Positions 21,401 through 33,684 of a stretch of 64,000 nt of DNA are shown in pieces. Numbering within the stretch: the stretch's first letter is position 1; every line of letters starts with the position of its first letter. The notes beneath the pieces are model-generated. The model saw only the letters and a list, made by a program, of their open reading frames with translations. It did not search any database and was not told where the DNA came from. Position numbers and translations under genes: made by a program. Source of the DNA: Marsupella aquatica (taxonomy: Eukaryota; Plantae; Marchantiophyta); NCBI GenBank assembly GCA_973895155.1, contig OZ316898.1, forward strand, positions 16,289,420-16,353,419, written 5' to 3'.

Positions 21401-23100
21401 CCAGTAGTTTCAGCAGACTCTGCATGCCTGGTTGCTGCATCGGCAAGTCTTCCTTCCTGGGCCTAAACACCTGCTCGATCGTAGGACTAACAGGTGGTTG
21501 AGGCTTCTCAGCCAACGGCCTCGGCGTTGGAGCTTCCTCGGGTGCCCTTACCTGCAGGGGAAGTACCGGGGCAAAAGTTTGACCTCTGGCATACCGGCAC
21601 AACAGCGGCATGTGATAGCCCAGCCGCGACACGCTCCCCATGCCGATTACCTGCTGCTCCTCCTTTAAGATCTTCTTCAATTGGTTGAGGAGGTACCCGT
21701 TGTAGTCCCGGCTTGGGTCTGGCCTTTCTGCCAGATAGACCTGTGCCTTGCCGATCTCTGCCCTCGGCAAGTTACAATGCATGGTCACCCGCAAGAAGTC
21801 GATCATCTCTCCTATGTGCGGGTTGGTGCAGGTGTTCCGGAAGAAGCCATTCTTCGTTGATGGCCCGGGGAACGACCGGAACTCCTTGTCAGGCAAGGTC
21901 TTCCTGGTATCAACTTTGGTCTTATTGCCTATCGGCAGGCCAAACACTTCGGCAATTACCTTGGGAGTAAGATAGAAATCCTTCCCATATATCCTCGTGC
22001 AATTGGTCTCGGGTTCCCATGACCCCACGAATTCTAATAGGTCTGACTCCGGTACCTCCGGCTTCAGCCATGGTAATCTTACAAAGGCCTCCAAGCCGGA
22101 TCCGGCCATGAAGCCTTGGTACTTCTTGGTTTGCATGGCCGTAAAGCATGCATCCTCCTCCCGTGCAAAATGTAGTTGCACCTCCACCGGTAGGGTTGCC
22201 GCCCAGCCCTTCCAGGTGTCATCCCTGGTTGGAATGGCCTTGATGGGATCGACCTCCTCCTCTTCGGCTTCTCCCTGCCTCCTGCTCTACTGCTCGGCTG
22301 GCTTCTTTGGTGCCGCGGACCTCGTTCTTTTTGCCGGGGTGGCTTCATCGTTGACGGCTCCCTTCCTCTTCATCTCTGCTGCCGTGGAGGTTTCTCCTAG
22401 CACCGTTGCCTGGGTCCACCTTTCCGTGCTACCCTTTAATTCCCAGTGTATGTCGTTGCAGTTCTTGATGGCCTCTCGGATGCCGACGACGCTGTCTTTG
22501 CAAAACAGAAGATCGTCGAGTTGATTGGAAGTAGGCGTCCACAGGAACTCGTCCTTGATGAGTTCGCCTCCTAAGAAAGCCGTCTTCTGCAGCTCCCACA
22601 ATCGAGCGAGCTCCTGCCGTTCTCGAGCTGCCCTTTCTGATTCCTCGTCCTCGTAAGTCTTGATGTACTCAGTTGCCCGTTCGAACAGGCATCCCCAGAA
22701 ATGTGCCGCTTGATTGACGTTGCTCATACCCTCCTTAGGTCGATCGTCGGTATCTACTCTCTCCCCGAGTGCTTGCCTAAGCAGCTGACAGTAGTTGGCC
22801 TCCCGTAGTCGTCTGCCTAGTTCGTGCTCGCAAATGAGCCACCATCTCCTGCAAGCGCTCCTTACCCCTCTCCTCCGCCGGTCCTTCTTCCCGTTGATCC
22901 TTCCTAGCCGCCGACGCTTAACGCGCCCTAACCCTAATCGGGTTTTCACCCTCAGCCTTACCTCCGGCCTCGGCCCGGGTTCCATGGTTGCCCCTAATTG
23001 TTTATATTTTCCTTGTTTTGTCCCTATACTAAGGTGTTCCTAGGGTGCCTTCCTGCTTTACCCACTTAACCGGCCGAGTGATTCCTGTCTAGGCATCACA
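18432..23100 (-). repeat. 5' LTR (4669 bp)
   Basis: TGTGATGCC...GCACCACA, followed by the PBS. Confidence 0.95.
19353..22985 (-). pseudogene. LTR-encoded accessory ORF, 1210 aa if the single TAG at 22287-22289 is repaired
   Basis: ORFs 22287-22985 and 19353-22187 are in frame; the 3' LTR has CAG at this stop position. Confidence 0.85.
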
Positions 23101-24847
23101 CTTTCACAGGAAGAACCGTACTAGTTAAGCATATCATGCAAGCAATTCCAATCTACCATGTGATGTACTGTAAAGCTTTGGCAGGATTAGCAAAAAAACT
23201 GATTGCTCTTAGTAGAGATTTCTTATGGGGGTACAACGCCACAGGGTTAAAGAAGATCCCCTTGGTAGCCTGGGATAGGATGGCACTTCCTCGGGTGGAG
23301 GGGGCCCTGGGGTTTAAAGACTTTAGAAGCCACTCCGATGCCCTGCTCTCCCAATGGTTTACAAAGGCACTGAATTCACCGGACCTGGAATGGTCTAGAA
23401 TGCTAGCAGCAAACCTTGCTCTAATGGGATGGATGAATTACAAAGTTATCAGAAGGAACCGATACTCTTTTCAAGACCAGCTTCTATTGTGCACACCAAG
23501 GTCATATGGGAGCCTACCATACACGAGTGGGCTGTGGAGGAGCTGGGCGATGGTCAGAGCACACCTCTCATTTGAGCCTGGCAGGTTGGGGGCACCGGCG
23601 AGATGGAGCATCTACGACACCCTGCATTGCTTGGTAGGATTTCACTCTCTTTCAAATGAAGACATTACAGGTGTTGCTGCCATCTATGGAAGATTAGGGA
23701 CAAGATCTATTGGAGACGGTTGTCAACAGAGGACAGAGGCTGGAAGGATCTCCCACTGAGATGGCACAGCCTGAGAGGATTCACTGAGGAGCTCAGAGCA
23801 TTGGCACGGTCTTTCCTGGAGTGCCTCTGGAACACCAATGAGTGCAGGGCGGACTACTATCTTTATGACAAAGAATGGATTTGGTCTGATAAGGCAGAGA
23901 AGCTGAAAGACTTTAAGATTGAGAACTGTCGGGTTTACAAATTCTTGAGGCCTAAAGGTTCCAATCACAATCGCTTGAACCGGATCTGGGCTATTTCTAG
24001 ACCAGAACTGGGCTGGAATGTGAGTTGGGCGAGGATATGGAGTTCAGATCTCCCAACCAGAGGCAAGACTTTCATTTGGCGTATCATAGCCAGGGGCCTT
24101 TTCTTTGGTGCCAGAGCACGCAGGATCGGGGTGAGCAATGGGGAGTGTAAACTTTGTAGTGGTGAGCTAGAGACCATCCCACATATTTTCTTTGATTGTG
24201 CTCATGCGGCTAGGTGTTGGGGACTTTGTCATTACTTCTTGCGTGAGCTGGGTCTTCCAATTGGACAAGGGCTGATGACTCTGCTAGATTCTGCATCTGG
24301 GAAGGACCCGATACAGATTGCCAAGTTATTTGTATTGCACCAGATTTTATGGATGCTTTGGTTGGGCCGTAACGCCCACATGTTCCAAGTAGGCAGTAGA
24401 CGTTCTTTTGATTTAGGTATGGTGCTTTCTGAGACAGCGGAGAGCCTGTATGCGGTAAGCAGATGCTCGCCCCCTGGTAGGAAAAACACTTGTTTGCTCA
24501 GGGCTAAAGATAGGATAGATGGCCTGCGTAGATTATGGCTCAGCTGTGGCAGGGGGTGTATTTCCTCTGGGGATTGACCCCGTCTGCACTTTCTGGCTTC
24601 TTGCTTGGGGCCCTCCTCACATTTTCCACACTGGGGGATCTGGGCCTTTTTTGGGGCTTTGGGTACTTTGATCTTGCGGTGTCGCACCCCCTGGAGGAAT
24701 TCTTTGCTCTCTCCTGGTCTGGGAGGGACTGATGTGGCTGGGGGGCTGCTTTCTCTGTCCCCTTGGGTGTGTGTTTGTGTTTGCCTCGTGGCTTGTTTTC
24801 CCCGCCCGTGGGGTTTTTCAGGGGCTGAAAAAACATTTATAAAAAAA
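23101..24847 (+). mobile_element. L1-type LINE, 3' part (end of ORF2 with zf-RVT, 3'UTR, short A tail)
   Basis: GRTVLVKHIMQAIPIYHVM...LVAWDRMALPRVEGALG; RIWSSDLPTRGKTFIWRI...CKLCSGELETIPHIFFDC; frameshift near 23720-23759; A7 at 24841-24847. Confidence 0.9.
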
Positions 24848-27359
24848 TCAATTTCAAGGAATCATTCTCAAAATATGAAGTTTGGTTCGGGTTTACAAAG
24901 TGTTTTTGGGTGGCTCATCTCCTAACTCAGGTCTCCCCACTAAACTCAGCTCAATCATCAGGTCAGGTCTCGGCCTCAAGCTCATCGATGGTTTCCCCCA
25001 AGCATTTTGGACACAATTTTAGTCTCCGCCGAGCTTCCTTCACGTCGTCGCTCCTCTTACACTCTTCTTCTTGGCTCTTCTTCCTTCTCTCCTCAAGTTT
25101 CCAGTCCCATAGCAAAAAGAACTTACGGTTGCTATCCTCATACCCCATGGCAACGGACTATCCCTAACCTAAAGATGGATCCAATCACCGGGTTCCACTC
25201 GTTGAATGTAGTCAACTTCCTTATTTTGAATTCACAACACAACATTAAATCTAAGGTGGTCGGGGTGATCCATAACTCAAGTTGAAACTTCTTTACTAGC
25301 TTCATAAAATGGTTTGCTTCTCCTCTTGCTGGCTGCTATTTACCCTGGATTCTCATTAAGTTTTAAATATCAGCCATGGCTCTCCACCTCTTAACTCTTA
25401 TTTCTCCTTTTGCACCTCCTTACTCTAAGAATAGGTTTTCAGCTTCTCTCGCCCTCCTGTTTTCAGTCAAAGCTTCAACCTTTATTTCACAGTCCACATC
25501 ACATTTACTCCCTTTCAGTCAAAGAGCTTCAAAGCTCCAGCACTTTTCACTCTAAAGTAGTCAAATTCCCCTTTCATCATTTATCATCCTTGCAAAACTC
25601 TTGTTCAGCCTTCATATTCATTGTAGTTTTTCGTTCCTCGTTTAGCTTGTTTCATCCGAGAGCAACTTCCCTCTTCAATTTCAGCAAACCCGCATCACTC
25701 TTGGCCGTGACATCGCTCTCTATTCACCCTTTTTCACCCAACTTTTCCTTTGAATCTCCTTACTCATTTCTCAAACTTCATAGTGCCTCAATTTCTTTAT
25801 TCTACTCCTTTAATTTGCTCTCACTTCGCAGCCTCTGAACCGCCCCTTCACTAAAATCACCTGAATTCACTTCACCTTGTTTCGCTTTTCTCCCCCGTGG
25901 TCTGATCTCTTCTCTTTCAGTATCGCCCTGGGCTCCTTGCGACCTCCGAGGAACTCCTGTCTTCGGTCCTGCGCTCTTGAATGTCCATCATTTTCCTTGA
26001 AGACTTCAAAATTAATTAAATAAATCCTGCGCGCACTCCTTCTCTGTCTTTTGTTTTCTTCTTGCTTCTGCAACGATATCTCTTCATTCAATTATCCTCT
26101 CAAAGGTCCTTGAGCTCACAAGCGCGCGCCCACCTCCTTGTTTTCTCGTGAGCTTCCACTAACTCCAGCTTCAATCCTTTCACGATGTTTTTCTCTGTTC
26201 TTTCCTTTCTAGCTTATCACTCTCCTTTGACTAATTGTCTTGTCATCGCAATTCCTGCATCCCACTCCACTGTTTCTCCAAATGCCCTTCGTCTGTTCGC
26301 GCTTATTCACATTTTAGTCCATCGATTCTCTCCCTTCCTGGTTCACTCGAAATTTGCTTATCATCTCCTGATCGTCTCCTCGTTCACATTCAAATCCCTC
26401 ATGATCATTCCTTCCGTTCCGTTTTTCTTTTCTTTACTCACTCCATTACTCAACATCGCCTTGTCACCCGAAGACAAAATCAGCATCCACCACACCATCT
26501 GTTCAGCAATCGACCGTCATTCATTCCTCTCCCCTCGAACCTGCATAGCGCTCTCAACTCTCCCTCGTTTTGCTTCCAAACTTCTCTCTAACCTCCGAGC
26601 CTTGCTCTGCTATCTCTCTACTTATAATTCTGATTCTCCAAGTCCCTTCCCCCTCCCCGTGCTCCTCTGACTGGTCTACACTGCACTTCAATCCACTCTA
26701 ATCGAATGACCTCTCGCCCGTCATCGCCAGAAATTCTTGTTCTCCTCTTTTCCACTAAAGCTTCTCTTTCCCCAAAAAACGAACCCCAGTCGCTCTTCTT
26801 TGCACTTCCTATCTGTTGAGTCCCTCCCGAGAATCCTTGTAACTGTTCTCCCTCTTTTGGCCATTTTTCCCTTCTTCTGCTCGATCCTCTTTGACTTCAA
26901 ATTCCCGTTTTCCTCTTTCAATCTCCATTCAGCCGTTTCCTTCCCTTCCTCCGCTCCACTTCAAACCGACCCTTATGAGACGTGCTCTCGGGATGCCACG
27001 TGTCTCAACCACAATAATTGTCCTATTTTATTTTTAGTCTAAGCTTCATTTTCTCCTTTTAATTTCAATTCTGTCTTATTGAACTTTCCACAACAACAAA
27101 ATTCACACCCAAACTGAATCCCTTCATCAAATATCTTCAACTTAAAATAAGGCCTTCACTTCCCTGCTTCTATTATCCATCCCGACGACACCGCTAGCCC
27201 AAGCTTAAATGCTCCTTATTGACTAGTGATGTCCTAGTCGTGATACTACCTACTTTAGTGTCGTTATGCTAATTATTATGGACTACTATGTCCATAGAGC
27301 GCGTGCTAAGCACGGATTAGGCCGGATTACTCATTCACCGCCGTGCTGACGGCGTCACA
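24848..27359 (-). mobile_element. Highly degenerate retroelement-like segment, possibly another decayed large LTR
   Basis: Minus strand starts TGTGACGCC at 27359, like the other LTR termini (TGTGA...); purine-rich, with broken E/K/R-rich frames; other end not found. Confidence 0.3.
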
Positions 27360-27381
27360 CTGAAGGTCCTCAATAACTACA

Positions 27382-28890
27382 TCAGCTTGTGCCGTGCCCA
27401 TCTTGAATTTGAGAGACTCCTTTTTTCATCTTTTGAGATTGCAGTGAATGGGATGAATATTTCAATTGCTTAAGAGAAATTGAAGCCTTGGTCACATTTC
27501 CGGCTTGGGATCGCTTCAATTTATTTTTCCTTGGATTCAGCGACTCAGATAGATGCTGAATAGCTTCCATTTGAATGACTTTTGTGCTCGGTTCCTCATC
27601 CTCTTCCAGTTCATCTTCTATCGATAGAATAACATCAGCAAGAGAACCAGGAGATTTGGCTATTACCAAACAATCTAATTCTTCTTCCATTTGAGGATGA
27701 AAATAGTCAGGTGTAACAAGTAGGGGGTCAAAGAGTTTATCCTGTTCTGTCATTTGAGCAATAAAGATATATTCTCTATCCACCATGGAAGTCAGGCATG
27801 TATATTGACAAACCTCATCTTGTAATAGAAATGCCTGACCCGTAAGGAATAGCTTCTGCACTTGAGTTGATGCAACAATCACTCGCTCCAGTTTCTCCAG
27901 GCTAAAACCTGACTCTCCTCCAATTTGTAGGATACGATCAAAAATGGTAGGGACCGGTCGATTGCGAAACATCTCCAAATGAGATCTCAATGAATCAAGA
28001 ATCCATGTACTCTCCAATAAAACTAGTTGTTTACGTTTATGAACCAATGAATTGAGAGTAACAGTTGCTCGACTTGGCACAAAATCAGTGGTGGAGCTGG
28101 TATCAATCTCAATATTTCCAGCAACTAAATTTGATAAGTAGATATCAAGCTGTTCCAAGTAATTGCACTGAAATTGGGTAGCCCAGCCAGGGAGATTGCC
28201 CAGCAACCTAGTTGCTAAGGAGAGATCTTCAACTTTCAAGTCACCATACATCAGAGCAAATGCAAGGAACTCTCTGGTTTCAGAAGATGAATGATTCCAT
28301 ATTGAATAAACCTGGTGAAGAGAAATGCCTTTTGTTGGTCCAAATGTAGGCAGTCGATGATGGTGGCAAATCGATGCTTTCTTGAAGCCGTAGTAACTTA
28401 AGAAGTCCACCGAGGGTACTACAAACTCAATTAAACGTTGAGTAAACTTTTCCAATCGGTCTGCTTCCACAGCGGAGTCTATGCAATTGTTCTTGAGCTG
28501 CAATTCGGTTGGCAGCTCCTCCGCCTTTGTTGTACCAATCCTGACTCTCTTCCGGAAGGTAGTTGCTGTTAATGTTGCTCAGCAAATTCTCGTAAATCGC
28601 TAACTCCTTTAAGGATAATCTCATACTTCCTATCCAACAATCCCTTCTAGTTTGTAACTGCAATAGCAATTCTAGCCAAGTTTTTCTCATTGTTCTTCCA
28701 TCCTTCGGAAGTCAATGCAGCAAGTTGAAGACGCTCGGCTGTAGAAAGTGAGATTTGATCTGCCGTCATGACTAATGTTTCCAGTGAGGTTTGTATTGTA
28801 GGAATAACTGAACCCTGCACTGACTCCTCTAGCTTTTTCTCCAGCTCCTTTGTTAACGCTTTCAGCCTTTGATTGTTTTGTTGGAGTGTA
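27382..28890 (-). pseudogene. Intronless ORF remnant of unknown function (373-aa open part plus a broken upstream coiled-coil part), probably TE accessory
   Basis: ORF 27382-28503; upstream frames read LQQNNQRLKALTKELEKKLEES; no recognisable domain. Confidence 0.3.
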
Positions 28891-30227
28891 GCCTTGTGCC
28901 CCCCCTTAAAGGTGTCACACAGGGCTGTTAGTTAACTTTTGAGCTTATTAATACTTATAATTACCTCTTTCTATGTAATTTCAATGTAGTTGAAAACTTT
29001 AGGCCCTGGTCAACTTTGAACCTAGAAGATTAAATGAGAAGTTAATAGTGATAGTTTTAAGGTAGAATAGCCTTTGTGATATTTTAATCAAATCTTTGTA
29101 AGTCATGAAAAACTCTGAAATTTTGATGAGTAGATAGATTTTAGATAGAGAAATCTACCCAAGAAAATATCAGACAAAACGAACATGTCGTTAGGAGGTT
29201 AGGGTCATTTTTGTTTCGCATATTAACACTTTGGTTCTTTGACACTGGGAATAGTTTTCTCTTTTTACAATCTTATACTAAATTAGCATTTTTAGGTATT
29301 TTATTGGTAGACTTAGATTAGTCCAAAAAGTCTGAGTTTTTTCCAGGTAATAGATTATAGATAGAGGAACACACTGGCAAAATTTCAGCATGAATGCAGT
29401 TCAGGTTAGATTTTTAAAAATCACAAAGAATAGGTGTCTAGTAGTTTTGCCACGGAACCGCTAGGACGTCACTTCACCCGATGTATGTACTTACATCGTT
29501 CCATGGTAGGTTCCTTACTGCCTTTGAGACACTGTAATTCCTGTGTAACGCCGTTTATGCTAACACAATATACTAGAATTTCAATATTTCTTGACAAGAA
29601 TTATATTAGTTTTAAACATCGTTACAATGAATACGTTCTTGCTGACATCGTAATTAACGTCGTGGTTGACGTGGTACAAAACGTCTTTATAGGATACGTA
29701 CATATCGTCACCATGTTCACGTCGTTGGCTGCAACTTTGTTACACCTCGGAGACATGTATCTGTTCTTGTCTTTTGAGGTCATGTCAAAATGTAGTTGTG
29801 CGTCCTTGAGGAATTCCATCTCCTTGAGGAATTTCACCGTCTGTCCAAGTATCACCGAACACGTAACCAAAAAAATCACTTCACTCAATTCATACATATC
29901 TCTTTGGTGTCTGGATTTGCATTGCATTAAATTGTACACACCAACCCATCTTACCCCTGGTTTTGATCTTGCAGAATAATACCAAAAATTGAAGACTTGC
30001 GTGTGAAAGAGTGAGCTCAAGTCAATGGCAATGAAATGTCAAGCGATACCATCAGTCTCGAAGCTATCATACATTTAGGGCATGTTGCTTGAAATCTGGA
30101 AATGCACAGTCATGTGAGACATCGCAAAGCATTATTCACTCTGAGGTTTTACTAAGTAGGTCACGGCTATGGCGCAAGGTAATGTAATTAACTGTTAGTA
30201 TCAAGTTAAAGATGATTTTGAACCACT

Positions 30228-30465
30228 ATCCATCAGGTTGAGGGAGTACAAAATAGAGCACTTTACTTTTTGAGCCTATTTTTGGTTTATTTTAGTAACC
30301 TGGATACACCAAGTTGAGGGAGGACAAAATAGAGCACTTCACTTTTAGAGCCTATTTTTGGTTTATTTTAGTAACCTGGACCCACCAAGTTTTGCTTCCT
30401 GGATTCACCAAGTTTTGCTTCCGGGACAGGCTTCCTCGATCCACCAAGTTTTGCTTCCGGGACAG
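30228..30465. repeat. Local tandem duplications (~77 bp x2, then CCACCAAGTTTTGCTTCC x3)
   Basis: Direct repeats visible in the sequence. Confidence 0.8.
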
Positions 30466-30753
30466 GGCGCTTTAAGACAACAAGTCACTATGATAACATC
30501 CAGACTTCAACGGAATCTTGGAATCTGGAATATAGGCTTGCCATGTGCTCACGGAGAGAAAGAGGGATCCACAGTGTAGGCTGGTTATGTTCAGTGCAGC
30601 ACTGCTGAGCTGGAGAAATCAAACACCAACAGCAAGCGTCTCTGCTGCACGGTATGAGTTTGGAACCTCGTGGAGATTCCATAGAGAATCACACGACAGA
30701 CTACTTCCTAGGGATTCGCCAGTCCCTCACTCAGCAAGATATCCAAGGCAGTG

Positions 30754-30965
30754 AAATCACCAAAGATAGAAAGGATTTGCAAGATACAACAGGCGGGATG
30801 TTCATGATCCGGATGTCTGGGTTGAGGACAGCCCAGCGATCAGGGAGGACAGCAAATAAATCACCAAAGATAGAAAGGATTTGCAAGATACAACAGGCGG
30901 GTAGAAGTTCATGATCCGGATGTCTGGGTTGAGGACAGTCCAGCGATCACGGAGGACAGCAAATA
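30754..30965. repeat. ~105-bp tandem duplication
   Basis: AAATCACCAAAGATAGAAAGGATTTGCAAGATACAACAGGCGGG...GGAGGACAGCAAATA occurs twice. Confidence 0.85.
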
Positions 30966-31797
30966 CACTGCTGAAAATCACGGATCAATGTAGACAAGAA
31001 TCTACCACAAATGGACCTGGACAGCACAAGTTAACTACAGTAGTTTACCTAACAAGGCCAAGTCTGTTTAGCTGGGCACGTTTAGACATGTATAAAAGTT
31101 CGCAGCTCTCATACAATCCGTATCGTCGGCCATTCATTAGTGTAAGGCGATAAAGGTGGTACTTTTCGAGGACAATTGACGGATCACAAAGCTCAGGCAA
31201 ACCAAGTGAGCACAACGACGCCTTCTGGAAGGTTTTGGACAAACGGGCTTAAATTTCAGATTTTCGCACAGCAGTAAATTACGTCCACGCCCTTCCAAAC
31301 GAAAAAGTGATGAGTTGGATAGTAGAGTTGTGTGTGAAATTAACTCTTCCTCGTCACGATTCCTGAACAACCGCGACATGGAACTCAATGATTCGGTGCC
31401 ACATCTGTCTAGCTGGGCAGAGCATGAATTTAAGACCAAACAGTTTACATGTAAGGGAGACTAGTAAAGAGTTCGGACAAATGTCATCCAAAGACAAGTT
31501 TGTTCTCATTACTCGTCGACAAGTCCAATTACATTAACAGTTCAAAGAGGCCCAGAGGGATCCTGTGAAATGAAGTACGCAAGAACATTAAAAATTTTGC
31601 TTCCAACTTTCTAACTTTTAGCAACCTACCTCTGTAATCGAAGCCGGTTAGCTCGAAGATTTTCGACCTTAGTCAGATTCTCCCCCTCTTAAAAAAGTTT
31701 TGTGGTCTTCGCTTGAAAGAAATTACAAGGTCCTGGGAGAACACTCATCTCGGCAGCTTCACAATGCAAGCAAAGTGAAGTTCCTCAGTTGAGAAAT

Positions 31798-33684
31798 TTA
31801 GCTTTTAAGCACTTTGAGGGTCTCGTCAATGTGCTTCTCGGGCTGGAACTGGTTGTTGTAGATCAGCTGCACAGTGCCATTCTTGTCGAAAACATAGGTC
31901 TGTCGTCCAGCTAAACTACCAAAGAAGTCGCTAGGAACTCCCCAGTCCCTTCGCAGCTTGTTGCCTTCGTCGCTGAGAAGGGTGAATGGAAGTCTGTACT
32001 TTGCCTTGAATGCCTGCCATTGCATGAACCAGGGTCAAGACATCACAGCTCATGGTTCCGAGAATCTTCATTTTGTCATCTGGACCTTCTCCCGGGGGAG
32101 CGAAAGAACGAAAGATGTCTCAAGTTTAGAGCAGTCAATAAGTCCAGGGGAAGGGACACAGGGAAAAAGCGCTGTGTTTCAAATTCCTCTGGCCCAAAAA
32201 GAACTTTGGGCAGATTACCCAATGGGACCGGAGATCGTCTTAGATGACCCATTTCGAAGGCAACAGAACCACGACCAATTTTCCGCGTGATTGAAGAGAG
32301 CAAACGTCTTTCTAGCTATTGTCCGGGTAGGCACGTGTTTCCTACGTTAAAGCAGTCTTAAAATGAACGACTTCTAACTGCAAAAGCTATGAAGGGAGAG
32401 CTTCAACACCCTCGTACCTTGTGAGATTCGGGAGTGTCTCCACTGACGCCGACCACTTCAGCACCAGCTTTCTTAAATTTTTCGTACGAATCTCGGAATG
32501 CACAAGCCTGCGCAAGAATATCGACTTGGCCACGATTCAAATATCTCTCCAGCAGAGACTTAAGCCAGGAGTTAAAGAGCCGTACATTGATGCTTCACGT
32601 AACTGGATAGCTACATAGAATCCATAAAGAGTTCCTGACCTCAGAGGAATCATCCTTTCAATGTCCTACTTTGCTCTGTGCAGGTAACTTCCCGCTACAA
32701 GCAACACATATATTACTAAATGCCTCGCAGAATACTGTGAGATATAAGGAACCCATGATCTAGCAGCAAGCCAGGGTCGTTGCATTACAAGAGCTTCACT
32801 GCCATAGTGTATTCAACAGAGAAATAGGCGATGGAAATGTAAAACGCACAACGGCTTCTTGGTGTAATTCCACCGGGTGTGCGAAAAGGACAACACAAGA
32901 AATCAGCAAATTTAGAACTCCAGGCAGTGCAAGATTCAACCACCTGTTTAGTACATCCAGGAGTCTCATCAGCTGGATAAAAATATAGCACCAAGGGCTT
33001 CCCATTAAATTTAGACAGTTCCACTACTTTGCCATCCTGATCCTTCAACTTGGCTGAAGGCAACCTGTCTCCTTTGTTCACCTGCAACAGCAATCACAAC
33101 GGTAGGGGCAAGACTAAGCTCAAGAGAAAATGTAAGACAATACCTCCACTAACAAACCACATGCTCATCACCTTCCCCGAGAGCACACCTCCATGATCTA
33201 TACCGAAGACTTACCACAGAAAGAGTACAAATTGAATACCAATGACTTGTCCAAGTATGGCATTAGTACTCGTCCGCGAACAGTCCCAGACATGCCAAAT
33301 CTTTGCTTGGCCGATCTTCCCGAGACAAAGAACCCACAGTCCGGTGACATTCTAAAAAGACTCGGTACATACCAAAAGAGCAGTTCCCCAAACACAGAAA
33401 CGAAGCCCACGGCTTAGGAGGGGACTGATGATGCTTACCTTACAAATGGGAGTCAGGGGTTGTGCAGAGACTGGGGCAATACGGGCGTGGACAGAGGCAG
33501 ACACCACAGAAGAAAGATCACTCTTGGCAAAGAAGTCCGCTTGTAAGTAAGAATTGCAGCTGCTGCTCCTGTTAGAGACGACAGCTACTGTCCTAGCTCT
33601 GCTCTTGGTGGAGCTGCTCAGGGAATTCGTGTTAGGGAAAGAGGCAATGACTGGCAGATCAGTAGCAAGCCTGCAGGTACCCAT
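31798..33684 (-). CDS. PRXQ: Peroxiredoxin Q, chloroplastic; exons 33684-33439, 33081-32944, 32507-32418, 32013-31798 (229 aa)
   Basis: Ser-rich transit peptide; [16 protein letters not shown]|[24 protein letters not shown] (CxxxxC) ... [25 protein letters not shown]...[16 protein letters not shown]. All introns GT-AG, phase 0. Confidence 0.97.

Larger units (their letters stand above)
7548..23100 (-). mobile_element. Full-length-structure Ty3/Gypsy LTR retrotransposon (non-chromovirus, Athila/Phygy-like), 15,553 bp, with giant protein-coding LTRs
   Basis: Two ~99% identical TG...CA repeats, PBS and PPT in the expected places, gag-PR then RT-RH-INT order, no chromodomain and no second RNase H. 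Flanks (CCTCC / CTTTC) do not form a TSD. Confidence 0.95.

Noticed and set aside
5202-22524. Many plus-strand Ser/Leu-rich ORFs (e.g. 8737-9249, 19498-20133, 21997-22524)
   Set aside because: Antisense shadows of the E/K-rich minus-strand ORF.
7548-23100. The 4.66-kb repeats as a segmental duplication or assembly duplicate
   Set aside because: Exact TG..CA ends next to PBS and PPT, distinct mutations in each copy, and a TSD-flanked solo copy.
30228-30965. Short repeats as a CRISPR-like array
   Set aside because: Eukaryotic context, only 2-3 copies, no regular unique spacers.
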